Below are positions 49,800 through 60,125 of a stretch of DNA of 62,930 bases, in pieces. Source of the DNA: Candidatus Micrarchaeota archaeon (lineage in GTDB: Archaea; Micrarchaeota; Micrarchaeia; Anstonellales; Bilamarchaeaceae); NCBI GenBank assembly GCA_043827025.1, contig JBDRPL010000024.1:1-62930 (forward strand), in the 5' to 3' direction. Below the pieces are notes generated by a model, which was given only the letters and a program-made list of their open reading frames with translations, ran no database searches and was not told the origin of the DNA. Each line of letters opens with the position of its first letter. Position 1 is the first letter of the stretch. Both the position numbers and the translations under genes were made by a program.

Positions 49800-51000
49800 T
49801 CCTCTTTATCTTTATCTCAGGGTTGTAGCTCACCCTGCTGAGCTTTCCCGATTTCTCCTTCTTAAAGACGAATTCCTGGACTCGCATGTTGTCGAAGAGA
49901 TAGTACCTATAGTGGGAATGGTACAGATCTTCAGGGAAATGAATGCCCTTTGGAAGCCTGTCGAACATGAGAGTGAATAAAGCTGAGAAAACACCAACGA
50001 TTACTTGTGTGTATGTCGCGTTGGTGCCCATAACTGAAATGTTAGATATCGTATTGAAATAATAGACCTTCTTGTCGCCATATTCAAGTATCACGCCTAT
50101 GCTGTCCGAACCGTCGAGAATTATATGAGTATTGTCACCAAGGATAAAATCCTTTATGGTTATATTGTGCTTCGCCCTGTACAGCCTCATAAGGTTTTCC
50201 ATAGTCTGCATATTTACCGCATAGATGAATTTCGATGGAATATCATACTTCGAACCCACAGATGCGTTTTCTTCATGAACCAAAATAAACCCTTCGGGAT
50301 ATTTGTCCAGGCTCAGGATTGGTTTGAGAATTGGCTTCATATCTTCCCGGTAATCGATTGAACTTGATGGCATTTTCTTGGCATTATCCCTGCCGATCAC
50401 AAACCCTGCAGGATCCACCAGCGCCTCCGCGATGAATTCATGGATTGACCAGGTCATCATGGACTTCCATCCCTTAACTATTTTTGAAGTGTCATACTCG
50501 AAATGGATTATTTCGTCAGGGATGCCAAATTTCTCTATGCCATATCGAACCCACATATTCACCACTCCAGGATTCATCCCAGAGCAGAGTATATGTGGAG
50601 CTTTGTTCAGCTCGTTTTTCCTATGATAAGCTTCGAATACCAAGTCCGCAATATCTCGTTTATCATCATTCATCCCAGTATTCACACAAGAGATGCCAAG
50701 TTTATCTGTGGACTCGATAACTGGAATGGATGCCATATCCGTGATATCTAAAACAATACCTATCTTATACTTCTTGAGTACTGCGTGATACTCCTTCTCT
50801 TTTTCAGGAAGCACGATTTTTTGATGTAAGAAAACATATTTGAGGGATTTGTGGTCGAGATATTCATTTGACAGGACTTTTTTATTCTTGTCAAGCAGCA
50901 CCAATCTGCCAAAAAGATCCCTGTGGTGCACAAGTGAATGCAAAAAAGCATTCGCAACCCCTCCAGAAGCTCCAAGCACCAATAAATTTGGTTTTTTCAT
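49771..51000 (-). CDS. homospermidine synthase / saccharopine dehydrogenase-like oxidoreductase
   Basis: VLGASGGVA; GMNPGVV; EYDT; TWS; HEE. Confidence 0.75.
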   Translation of the reverse strand: MKKPNLLVLGASGGVANAFLHSLVHHRDLFGRLVLLDKNKKVLSNEYLDHKSLKYVFLHQKIVLPEKEKEYHAVLKKYKIGIVLDITDMASIPVIESTDKLGISCVNTGMNDDKRDIADLVFEAYHRKNELNKAPHILCSGMNPGVVNMWVRYGIEKFGIPDEIIHFEYDTSKIVKGWKSMMTWSIHEFIAEALVDPAGFVIGRDNAKKMPSSSIDYREDMKPILKPILSLDKYPEGFILVHEENASVGSKYDIPSKFIYAVNMQTMENLMRLYRAKHNITIKDFILGDNTHIILDGSDSIGVILEYGDKKVYYFNTISNISVMGTNATYTQVIVGVFSALFTLMFDRLPKGIHFPEDLYHSHYRYYLFDNMRVQEFVFKKEKSGKLSRVSYNPEIKIKRNDHFDHMFI

Positions 51001-51108
51001 ATGAATCAATTGGAATAAGCAAGGGGGATATAAATACTTAACTCCTGCTCAAAAACAAAGTGCAGCTAAAAAGTAAGTAATTTAAATGTTTATTCAGAAT
51101 ACAGAGAT

Positions 51109-51990
51109 ATGCGACCCAAGTTAATATATCTCGGATTGGTATTTTTATTGTTGTTTGGATTGGTTTCTGCGTCTGAAGTTAGTATAAGTAAAGTAACTTT
51201 TCCTTCGAAGATTGCACCAAGCAGCGACAAAACCCTTGAAATTAAATTTACTGTGACTACAGATATAGGTGGAGGGGATGAAGCTGAAGGAAACCTTGTG
51301 GTAGAAAACCTCAATGACAAAAATCCTGATGGCACTTATGTAAAAACAGAAGTCCCATTCTCATTTACCGGTCCAGGAAGCAAAATTGTGAGTACAAAAA
51401 TAATCCCCTGGGGAAAATATGATGGAAAGACAATAAACTTTAGGGCAAAGGTAGTATACTCAATAAACAAAGCAACCCAGGCAAAGGAAAATTCTTTTGG
51501 AGAACAAATAGGTGTTTTTGTTACATCCAACCCTTCAGGTTCAGAAACAATCACACTACCAACCCCACAGGCAGCCCCTGAATGTACAAGCAACAGCAAT
51601 TGCGCTTCTGACAAAAAATGTTCTGCAGGAAAATGCGTTGCTGTAACCGGAACCTGTGGATATGCATTGAACCATGCATGGGTAGCCTATGAATGCTGTG
51701 TTGACGTAGATTGCGGATCGGAAAAAGAATGCAGGGAAAACACCTGCTATAACATACCTGTTGTTCAAACACCTGTGGACAACTCGCCTCCAGAACAGGT
51801 GAACAATGTTCCAAACAACAATCTTGCAAATACAAGCCCTCCTGCAAATGGAAGCATGGAAACAAAGGGGATAAAGGAGACTGTGATGGATAATATATAC
51901 CTGGTCGGCGCAGGAACATGCTGCTGCACAACAATACTGATAATCGCAGCAGTGTTGATATACATGTTCGTGATAAACAAGAAAAAGTAA
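51109..51990 (+). CDS. cell-surface protein with Cys-rich repeats and C-terminal TM anchor
   Basis: Signal peptide; CTSNSNC..C..C and ECC..DC..C..C; TM followed by KKK. Confidence 0.8.
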   Translation: MRPKLIYLGLVFLLLFGLVSASEVSISKVTFPSKIAPSSDKTLEIKFTVTTDIGGGDEAEGNLVVENLNDKNPDGTYVKTEVPFSFTGPGSKIVSTKIIPWGKYDGKTINFRAKVVYSINKATQAKENSFGEQIGVFVTSNPSGSETITLPTPQAAPECTSNSNCASDKKCSAGKCVAVTGTCGYALNHAWVAYECCVDVDCGSEKECRENTCYNIPVVQTPVDNSPPEQVNNVPNNNLANTSPPANGSMETKGIKETVMDNIYLVGAGTCCCTTILIIAAVLIYMFVINKKK

Positions 51991-52031
51991 TAACATACTA
52001 TTTATTTTCTTTTCCTTCATAATCCTATCCA

Positions 52032-53834
52032 ATGGATTTGAACGATAGCCAGCTGAACATAGTCAAAAATGCAAATGGAAAGAGCCTTATAATAGCAGGA
52101 CCAGGCTCTGGAAAGACAAGAACGCTGATATATCGCGTAGCTGAACTAATAAAATCAGGAGTAAATCCGGCAAACATCCTTCTCCTCACATTCACAAACA
52201 AAGCTGCAAATGAAATGACCCAAAGGGTACAGAGGATAACTGGCCTTGAAAAGCTAGGGATAACTTCAGGAACCTTCCATTATTTTGCGAACCGTATTCT
52301 CCGCAGACACGCAGATTTCATGGGCTTCACAGAGAATTTTACAATACTCGATGAACAGGACTCGCTCCAAGTGCTTACTGCAATATGCGAATCCATTGGT
52401 GGAAAAGAACTCTCAAAAAAAGCAAGGAAGATAAGGGAAAAGATAGGTCTCAAGGTATTGCAAATGAAAGAATTCTCAGACTTCTCAAAAGAGCCTGAAA
52501 AGCTGGAAGATATTTATGGAAGATACCTGAAAAAATGCAGGGAGCTTAATGCCATGGATTTCAACCACCTCTTATTCAATCTGCACCAGTTGCTTGTCAA
52601 AAACAACCAAGCAAGAGAATATTACCAAATGAAATTCCAACATGTGCTTGTAGACGAATTCCAGGACACTGACAAACTCCAGAATGAAATCATTAACATC
52701 CTGGCAAAGGGCAACAATCTGCTTGTAGTTGGTGATGATTGCCAGAGCATCTATTCTTTCAGAGGAACAGATATAAAAAACATACTTGAATTCCCAAACA
52801 AGCATAAGGACTGCAAGATATTCAAGCTAGAAGACAACTACAGGAGTACAAAAAAAATAGTTGAAATGATCAACCATAGTATAAAGAACAACAGCCATGC
52901 ATTTGAAAAAAGGCTGCGGACAGTACTGGAAGATGGCGAAAAACCCATTGTTTATGGGGCACTGAATACAAATGACGAGGCCAGATTTGTAGTTGCCAAA
53001 ATAAAGGAACTGATGAAAACGTCCAGTCTGTCGGAGATAGGAGTGCTTTTCAGGGCCACAAGCCACTGCTCGAACCTTGAAATGGAACTGGCAAAAGAAA
53101 AAATACCCTACGTGCTACGGGGCGGGCTGAAGTTCTTCGAGAAAAAACATATAAAGGACATATTGGCATTTCTGAAGATACATGCAAACAAGAAAGACGA
53201 GATCGCCTGGCGAAGAGTACTCCTGCTCTTCGAAGGAATAGGTAGAACAACCACTGAAAAGATAATTTTGGATCCTAGTATGATAGAACAGAAAAAACTT
53301 GGGAAAAAAGCGAATGAATCAATGGAGGTTTTGGAAAAGGCGCTCACATTCGAATCCAATCCAACAGATGCATTGAAACAGGTCGATATGATTTTCTACC
53401 ATAAATACCTTGAAGAAAATTTTGATGATTATAAAGAAAGAAGGGAAGAAATCGGCGTGCTTATTGAACTCAGCAAGAACTACAGGAACATAAAGTCATT
53501 TGTAAATGATATAACCCTCAACAGAGACGACATGAAAGAAAGAGGCGAGAGCACCCAAAGACTCGTGCTTTCTACGATACACCAGGCCAAAGGCCTTGAA
53601 TGGGACAATGTATTTGTAATTGGACTTGCCCAAGGGCAGTTCCCAATGATAAGGAATGATACTGACCTTGAAGAAGAAAGAAGGCTGTTCTACGTTGCAA
53701 TCTCACGGGCTAAAAAAGGATTAGTGTTGAGTTACCCAATGACATCTGAAAGGTCTTTTTACTCATTTGGGCAGGACAACATCCCATCACTTTTCATTGA
53801 AGAACTTCCAAAAGAGTGCTATGATTTTATATAG
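52032..53834 (+). CDS. UvrD/PcrA/Rep SF1 helicase
   Basis: AGPGSGKT; TFTNKAA; VDEFQD; VGDDCQSIYSFRG; TIHQAKGLEW; EERRLFYVA. Confidence 0.95.
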   Translation: MDLNDSQLNIVKNANGKSLIIAGPGSGKTRTLIYRVAELIKSGVNPANILLLTFTNKAANEMTQRVQRITGLEKLGITSGTFHYFANRILRRHADFMGFTENFTILDEQDSLQVLTAICESIGGKELSKKARKIREKIGLKVLQMKEFSDFSKEPEKLEDIYGRYLKKCRELNAMDFNHLLFNLHQLLVKNNQAREYYQMKFQHVLVDEFQDTDKLQNEIINILAKGNNLLVVGDDCQSIYSFRGTDIKNILEFPNKHKDCKIFKLEDNYRSTKKIVEMINHSIKNNSHAFEKRLRTVLEDGEKPIVYGALNTNDEARFVVAKIKELMKTSSLSEIGVLFRATSHCSNLEMELAKEKIPYVLRGGLKFFEKKHIKDILAFLKIHANKKDEIAWRRVLLLFEGIGRTTTEKIILDPSMIEQKKLGKKANESMEVLEKALTFESNPTDALKQVDMIFYHKYLEENFDDYKERREEIGVLIELSKNYRNIKSFVNDITLNRDDMKERGESTQRLVLSTIHQAKGLEWDNVFVIGLAQGQFPMIRNDTDLEEERRLFYVAISRAKKGLVLSYPMTSERSFYSFGQDNIPSLFIEELPKECYDFI

Positions 53835-53914
53835 TGAAAAAGTTCTGAAAAGATTCTACTAATGACGTAAGAGAAAACCTAACTAATAAAAACTTTACGT
53901 TAAAAATTAGATAT

Positions 53915-54706
53915 ATGGGCAACCTGTCAATAGATTTGGATTTCCTTGCAGGAACCGAGGAACTCATAAAAGAAGGAAGGTTCGCCAAATCACTTATCGA
54001 AAGCATAGCTCCAGAAGGGCTCATAGTAATAAACAAAGCTGGAGAAATAATCCTCTGCAACCCCTCGACAAACATGCTCACAGGACATTCGAACAAAGAG
54101 CTGATAAAGAAGAAGATGGCCAGTCTGTTCAAAGAAAAAAACAGGTTCCAGGAATTCAGAAAAGAAGCTGAGGCAAACCTAACTGAGTCCAAATACCATA
54201 CGTCAATAGAAAAACTTTCAACTAAAAAAGGAGAAGAAAAAATAGTGTCAGTTTCTCTTTCACAGATAGCTAATTCAGATGACCTTGTGATTATTCTTCG
54301 AGATATGACTGAAAGGATACAAACCAGGGAAATAATGGATGAATTGCTTGCAAATTATGCAATCATTCTAGAAAACTGCAGCGAGGGCATAGTCGTAATT
54401 CAAGACAAGAAGATAATGTATGTAAACTCAGCAATGCTTGAATACATAGGTTACAGCGCAGATGAGGTCTTGGGCAAGGAATTCCCATTTGCACTTGCGC
54501 CTGACGAACGTGACAAAGTAGTAAAAAACCACATCCGAAGACTAAGCGGAGAGAAATTCGAAAAGAAATATAATTCTAAGATACTGACAAAAGGTGGTAA
54601 AGAAGTTGAAATAGAACTTGACAGCAATTTCATAAAATACAACGGAAAACCTGCTGTAATAGCACTCATAAGACCGTTGAGCATATTCTGCCAGTGCAAA
54701 ATCTAG
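53915..54706 (+). CDS. tandem PAS-domain protein with no output domain
   Basis: Two PAS repeats (APEGLIVINKAG..N; EGIVVIQD..YVN...GYS.DE..G). Confidence 0.85.
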   Translation: MGNLSIDLDFLAGTEELIKEGRFAKSLIESIAPEGLIVINKAGEIILCNPSTNMLTGHSNKELIKKKMASLFKEKNRFQEFRKEAEANLTESKYHTSIEKLSTKKGEEKIVSVSLSQIANSDDLVIILRDMTERIQTREIMDELLANYAIILENCSEGIVVIQDKKIMYVNSAMLEYIGYSADEVLGKEFPFALAPDERDKVVKNHIRRLSGEKFEKKYNSKILTKGGKEVEIELDSNFIKYNGKPAVIALIRPLSIFCQCKI

Positions 54707-54881
54707 AAATGCGGCTGCAATGCCCATAAAATGACACAATACATACATTTAAATATAGATAAACACATAATATGAACATATAGAAAGATCAGTAGAAATT
54801 CTGGTTTTAGATTTAGAATCCTCCAAATAAGAGATTTTAGAAAAAAAGCAACTGGGATTTCGACTTTTAAAAAGTGAATAT

Positions 54882-56180
54882 ATGAAATTTAGTGAAATGG
54901 GCATTAGTACTAATACTACTAGTGCTTTGGAAAAAATGGGATATTTAGAGGCAACCGAAGTTCAGGAAAAAGCAATTCCTACCCTTCTTGAAGGCAAGGA
55001 CATAATAGTCCGAAGCCAGACAGGAACTGGAAAAACAGCAGCTTTTGGTATAGGAGCTATTGAAAACATAGCCAAGGACAAGTCAAAGAAATGCCTTGTA
55101 CTTGCACCTACAAGAGAGCTTGCGCTCCAGCTGACAAAAGAGCTAAGGGCAATTGCGCTTTTCCATAGGCAAAAGATATATACCATATATGGCGGCGTTG
55201 ACATAGACCAACAGCGTTCAGTCCTGCAAAGAGGATACGACATAATTATTGCTACGCCTGGTAGATTGCTTGACCACTTCAGAAGGAATAATTTAGATCT
55301 TGCACTTTTCAATCTAGTCATATTGGATGAAGCGGACAAGATGTTCGACATGGGATTCCAAGAAGATATAGACGAGATACTTGCAAATGTCAGCCAATAC
55401 AGGCAGACGATTCTTCTATCCGCCACACTTGACCCGAAAATTATGGATGTTGCAGGAAGGCACATGAAAACCCCTGAGATACTGGAAATAGGCGCCATTG
55501 AAAAGGCATCCACTATTGAAGAGCAATTCATCGAGCTTGGAAGGAAAGAAAAATTTGGAAAGTTGCTTGATATATTGAACGGTGAGTCCGTGTCAAGAGT
55601 CATTGTATTCGTTTCGACCAGGGCATCTGCTGAATATATCGGCAAAAAACTAGGTCTGAAAAGCAGGGAAGTGGGCTTTGTGCATGGCGGAATAGGCCAG
55701 AGCAAAAGAGAAAGGATTGTTGATGAATTCAAGCAGGGCAAATTGAAGGTCCTTGTTGCAACAGATGTTGCGGCCAGAGGCATTCACGTAGATGGAATTT
55801 CACATGTCATAAACTACGACCAATCCAAAGATGAGGACTCCCACATCCACAGAATCGGAAGAACTGGAAGAATGGGTGAGAAAGGTATGGCAATCACATT
55901 CGTGGAAGTTGAAGACATAATGTATGATCCTTCAAAGCATTCTCAAGATTATCAAAGGAGAAGTAGCTATAGTCGCGGCCCGTCAAGGCCTTCCCATGGA
56001 AATAGGAATTACTCCAGCAACCGTTCTAGCCACTATGCAAATAGAGGGGAGCCAAGAGGCCCTGCTCGTGAAGGTTCTGTCGACAGAAGCAGCGGAGAAT
56101 ATAAATCAAGCCATAAGAACAACACCCGAAGCTTCAAACCACGCACAAAAAGGCACTGGGGAAGCAGTTCGAGATATTAA
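54882..56180 (+). CDS. DEAD-box RNA helicase
   Basis: QTGTGKT; PTRELA; TPGR; DEAD; SAT; HRIGRTGR. Confidence 0.97.
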   Translation: MKFSEMGISTNTTSALEKMGYLEATEVQEKAIPTLLEGKDIIVRSQTGTGKTAAFGIGAIENIAKDKSKKCLVLAPTRELALQLTKELRAIALFHRQKIYTIYGGVDIDQQRSVLQRGYDIIIATPGRLLDHFRRNNLDLALFNLVILDEADKMFDMGFQEDIDEILANVSQYRQTILLSATLDPKIMDVAGRHMKTPEILEIGAIEKASTIEEQFIELGRKEKFGKLLDILNGESVSRVIVFVSTRASAEYIGKKLGLKSREVGFVHGGIGQSKRERIVDEFKQGKLKVLVATDVAARGIHVDGISHVINYDQSKDEDSHIHRIGRTGRMGEKGMAITFVEVEDIMYDPSKHSQDYQRRSSYSRGPSRPSHGNRNYSSNRSSHYANRGEPRGPAREGSVDRSSGEYKSSHKNNTRSFKPRTKRHWGSSSRY

Positions 56181-56196
56181 TATTAAAGTAAGATAG

Positions 56197-56697
56197 TCAC
56201 CCGACTATCAATCTTTTTATTTCTTTTATTGACTTCAGCTTAGCGATTAGATTGCCCGACATTTTCTTTCCAAGAACAATTGTCAGCTTTGGCTCTGGAT
56301 AAATATCCGGGTCATCCGTAACTATTTGTCTTATAGGTATTTTTGCCTGGGCGATTAATTCTGTGACTTTTGAAACAATTCCAGCAGCATGAGGATCTGC
56401 ATGTATCTCTAAAACTTCAAAACCCAATTGTTTTGCTGCACCTCTTATATACGCAGTCGGTTTTAAGTTTGAGAAAATCTGATACAGTTCCTCGTATTTT
56501 GCAATCATCTTTGCTGTTTCTATTACAACTCTTCTGTCTGTATTTATACCTCTTGCGAACTTGGCAGGTGCTATTTCGATTTCACCGCAGAAGATGTTTC
56601 CATTTTCGTCGATTCTAAGACCGTATCTTAGCATGACTTCAGCAACCTTTCTTCTCTGCGGGAAATGGACAAACACGTCCTCAAGGAATTGATACAT
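56197..56697 (-). CDS. trpY: TrpY-like HTH-ACT transcriptional regulator
   Basis: GLRIDENGNIFCG.IEI....FAR....DRRVV; IRQ...DDP; divergent from trpE as in Methanothermobacter. Confidence 0.8.
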   Translation of the reverse strand: MYQFLEDVFVHFPQRRKVAEVMLRYGLRIDENGNIFCGEIEIAPAKFARGINTDRRVVIETAKMIAKYEELYQIFSNLKPTAYIRGAAKQLGFEVLEIHADPHAAGIVSKVTELIAQAKIPIRQIVTDDPDIYPEPKLTIVLGKKMSGNLIAKLKSIKEIKRLIVG

Positions 56698-56789
56698 AGT
56701 TTGACTTTGCCACTAAAAAATAAAAAGGTACTTGGATGGATAAAATAATACATCAATGCTTTAAATAGTTCGTTTAGCTCAACCAAGTT

Positions 56790-58139
56790 ATGAAATCCAA
56801 ATTACTTGACATTAAACTCAGTCCGTTCGAACTGTATACTTTGGTAAATAGGGAGTATAGGGAATCCTTTCTGCTTGAGTCTTCAAAAGGCAAAGAAAGA
56901 CTTGCTAGATATTCGTTTATAGGCTTTGATCCTTCCAAACACCTTAAGGCAAATGGGAAGATTGTGCAGATAGAATATGAAGAACGAGAGTTTGAACAAC
57001 CGATTGATGCAATAAAAGAGCAGTTGCCAAGAGAAAGGATTGAACGGAAAGGGTTCATTGGCGGAGCAGTTGGCTATTTTTCATACGATTATGCAAGGAA
57101 TCTAGAGCAAATACCTGACAATTCAAAAAACGATTTGAAATTCCCTGATTTCGAATTTGGGATATTTGATGATGCCATTGTATACGACCACATTGGCAAA
57201 AAAGTCGAGTACATTTACAAAAAGGAAGATCGTTCGGACCAAATAATGAAATTAGCTAAGGAAGAGATGTTCCTTGGCCCATTTGAAGCAGGCTCTGCAA
57301 AATCTAACATGGGTGAAAATGAATTTTGTGATGCTGTTGAAGTGGCAAAGGAAAGTATAAAGACTGGTGACATATTCCAGGCGGTCCTTTCCCGGAGATA
57401 TGAAATCCCGTATGAAGGCAATCTATTGAAGTTCTATAGTTATCTAAAGCGAACGAATCCTTCACCATATATGTACTTCCTTTCATTCCAAGACAGGAAA
57501 ATCATTGGTTCATCTCCTGAGAACCTTGTTCGAGTTGAGGGAAACAGGATAGATTCATATGCAACCCTTGCAGGAACAAGGCCAAGAGGGCGAACCATGG
57601 AAGAAGATGCGAGATTCGAGACTGAATTGATGAATGATGAAAAAGAAAGGGCAGAACATTTAATGTTGGTTGACTTGACGAGAAATGATGTTGGAAAGGT
57701 TGCGAAGTTCGGGACTGTAAATGTTCCGGAGTTGATGGAAGTTCATAAATTTTCTCATGTCCAACACTTGTCTTCACATATAAGTGCAGAATTAGCAGAT
57801 GGAAAAGACAGCTACGATTCGTTTAATGCAATATTTCCAGCAGGAACGCTTACAGGCGCACCAAAAGTAAGGGCAATGGAGATCATTGACAAACTGGAAA
57901 GGAACAGAAGAGGAGCTTATGGAGGTGCTGTCGGCTATTTCTCAGCAAATGGCAACTGCGATTTTGCAATAGCAATCAGAACACTTGTTGCGCAAAGGCA
58001 AAAGTGCTATGTCCAGGCAGGAGCGGGGATAGTTTACGATTCGATTCCAAGAAAAGAATTCGTGGAAACAGAGAATAAGGCAAAGGCTTTGATAAAGGCC
58101 TTGGGAGTGAAGACCTATGCAAGTATTACTGATAGATAA
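56790..58139 (+). CDS. trpE: anthranilate synthase component I
   Basis: LLES; NPSPY; SSPE; AGTRPRG; AEHLMLVDL.RND; PAGTLTGAPK. Confidence 0.95.
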   Translation: MKSKLLDIKLSPFELYTLVNREYRESFLLESSKGKERLARYSFIGFDPSKHLKANGKIVQIEYEEREFEQPIDAIKEQLPRERIERKGFIGGAVGYFSYDYARNLEQIPDNSKNDLKFPDFEFGIFDDAIVYDHIGKKVEYIYKKEDRSDQIMKLAKEEMFLGPFEAGSAKSNMGENEFCDAVEVAKESIKTGDIFQAVLSRRYEIPYEGNLLKFYSYLKRTNPSPYMYFLSFQDRKIIGSSPENLVRVEGNRIDSYATLAGTRPRGRTMEEDARFETELMNDEKERAEHLMLVDLTRNDVGKVAKFGTVNVPELMEVHKFSHVQHLSSHISAELADGKDSYDSFNAIFPAGTLTGAPKVRAMEIIDKLERNRRGAYGGAVGYFSANGNCDFAIAIRTLVAQRQKCYVQAGAGIVYDSIPRKEFVETENKAKALIKALGVKTYASITDR

Positions 58140-58686
58140 CTACGATTCATTCGTCTACAACCTTTACCAATGCTTAGGCGAACTTGGAGCTGAAGTTATT
58201 GTGAAGAGGAATAACGAGATTACAATTGGCGAAGTCAAACAAATGAAACCAGATAAAATAGTGCTTTCCCCTGGTCCGGGAAATCCTGAAAATGAAAAGG
58301 ATTTCGGCATCTGCAAACAGATTCTGAATGAGATGAATGCGCCCATTCTTGGCGTTTGCCTAGGCCATCAGGGAATAATAAGCCATTTCGAAGGAAAAAT
58401 AATTAGAGCAGAAAGGCCAATGCATGGCAAGACTTCTCTGATAAGGCATAACGAAAATGGAATATTCGCTGGAATGGAGAATCCATTGAATGTAATGAGA
58501 TACCATTCCCTATTGGGAACCAAGATTCCGGATTGTCTGGAAATAACTGCAGAAACAGAAGAAAAGGAAGTGATGGCCATTAAGCATAAACAACTGCCAA
58601 TCTACGGAGTGCAATTCCACCCAGAATCAATAAAAACAGAAAAAGGAAAAAAGATATTGGAGAATTTTTTGAAAATGAGCGACTAA
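58117..58686 (+). CDS. trpG: anthranilate synthase component II
   Basis: IDNYDSF; SPGPG; GVCLGHQ; QFHPES. Confidence 0.95.
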   Translation: MQVLLIDNYDSFVYNLYQCLGELGAEVIVKRNNEITIGEVKQMKPDKIVLSPGPGNPENEKDFGICKQILNEMNAPILGVCLGHQGIISHFEGKIIRAERPMHGKTSLIRHNENGIFAGMENPLNVMRYHSLLGTKIPDCLEITAETEEKEVMAIKHKQLPIYGVQFHPESIKTEKGKKILENFLKMSD

Positions 58687-58910
58687 TTGAGCTCCTTCTC
58701 TAGCTCATCCAATTCCGTATCAGTTGTTGTATCCGTTGGAATGTCGCTTTCTGAAATGGTTTGATCACCACTGCCAACAGAAACTCCTAACAAATCATCG
58801 GTTTTCTTTGTCGCCTGGTCCTGAGAGGATGTGTTAGTGTCTTTTGTAGGCTGGCTAACACAACCAAACAGCATAACTAAAACCAAAAGCAAAGATAAGA
58901 TTTTCTTCAT
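58683..58910 (-). CDS. small lipoprotein-like protein
   Basis: MKK-hydrophobic-LFGC lipobox; acidic tail. Confidence 0.7.
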   Translation of the reverse strand: MKKILSLLLVLVMLFGCVSQPTKDTNTSSQDQATKKTDDLLGVSVGSGDQTISESDIPTDTTTDTELDELEKELN

Positions 58911-60001
58911 TCGCTCACCCCTATCTCATTTGACTTGTATTTAGTTCCTGCTTTGTCTGACTTTATTACTTCCTTCAAAACAGCCTTGAATTCCGCAACA
59001 TCCTCTCCTGCATAATCAATGGAGGCCAGTGCGTCTTGATATTGCTGTTCATCGTAATAGATCATTGCATCATCGAGAGATGATTGAAAATCGCTGACCA
59101 AAAACTCAAGCTGCACGGTGTCATGTCCTTTTTCATTCGCCCTTTGCACAAGCTTGTCCATCTTCTCAGCCCATCTATTCATCTGTTCCATTGAAGCATC
59201 AAGCCTTGCCAAAAGACGTACCTGCTTTTCGGATGAATTTTGCTTGATCTTCTGTACGGATTCCTGGTGCCTACTGACTACGATGGCCCTTACGCGCACC
59301 TGTTTCTCCTTAGATACATTTTGTTCGTTCCATACTTGGAATCTTGATTTCACTTCTTCTCTAAATTGAGTATTGACTGCAACCTGGCAGTCCGACCTGC
59401 CCTGACCTGTAAGGTCCCTGCACTGCTCGCTCAGTTCATACCTCTCTCTTACAATGTATTCCTTGCCGTAAGCAGTTACTTTGCGTTCGCAATAATTCTT
59501 TGCATCGCCATCAAGATCTTCACATTTATTTTCAGCGATCTTTTCCAATGACTTTGTACAAACTCCATAGGAGATGTTACCGTTGACATCTTCACATCGC
59601 ACAGCAGTTGCAACAGTCAAACGAACCTGGCACTCGCTCCTATCAGAACCAGTCCTGGAATCACATTCAGATTTTATCTGTTCGCGCACTGCCTTGACTA
59701 CTTCGACTCTTTCACGATTAGTTTCACGGACTTGCGCATTGGCAGACGTGGTTTCAACAGTTTCTGAGCTGAATGTACCCGATTCAGAGTCTACTTCGGT
59801 TTCAGACCTTACTGTTTCCCTGACCTCAGTCCTTACTTCCATTGAATTATCACTTGAATCTTCTGAAGCCCTTTCGCTTGTAACTGAAATGGTTTGTTCA
59901 GATCGTTCTGAAATGCCTGATCCCTCAGATCCCCCTTGTTCTGAATAGAGGAAACTAGAAAGCACCATCAAAGACAATAAAACCAACACAATTTTTTTCA
60001 T
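58907..60001 (-). CDS. secreted protein with Ser/Glu-rich linker, paired-Cys repeats and coiled coil
   Basis: Signal peptide MKKIVLVLL; repeats C..L.G..R.DC. Confidence 0.75.
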   Translation of the reverse strand: MKKIVLVLLSLMVLSSFLYSEQGGSEGSGISERSEQTISVTSERASEDSSDNSMEVRTEVRETVRSETEVDSESGTFSSETVETTSANAQVRETNRERVEVVKAVREQIKSECDSRTGSDRSECQVRLTVATAVRCEDVNGNISYGVCTKSLEKIAENKCEDLDGDAKNYCERKVTAYGKEYIVRERYELSEQCRDLTGQGRSDCQVAVNTQFREEVKSRFQVWNEQNVSKEKQVRVRAIVVSRHQESVQKIKQNSSEKQVRLLARLDASMEQMNRWAEKMDKLVQRANEKGHDTVQLEFLVSDFQSSLDDAMIYYDEQQYQDALASIDYAGEDVAEFKAVLKEVIKSDKAGTKYKSNEIGVSE

Positions 60002-60125
60002 TAGCTCACCGAAAAGAATACTCAGGATAACTTTATTAATCAATGTCACTCAACGGAGGATTATTCATTAACTGAACATAAATATACATTAAGGATTTAA
60101 ATTATCCATTAAGAAAAAGGCACAT

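Noticed and set aside
54962..55783. Long antisense ORFs (273 aa here; also 16774..17478, 8432..8944, 61483..62022)
   Set aside because: Shadow frames of well-supported genes on the opposite strand.
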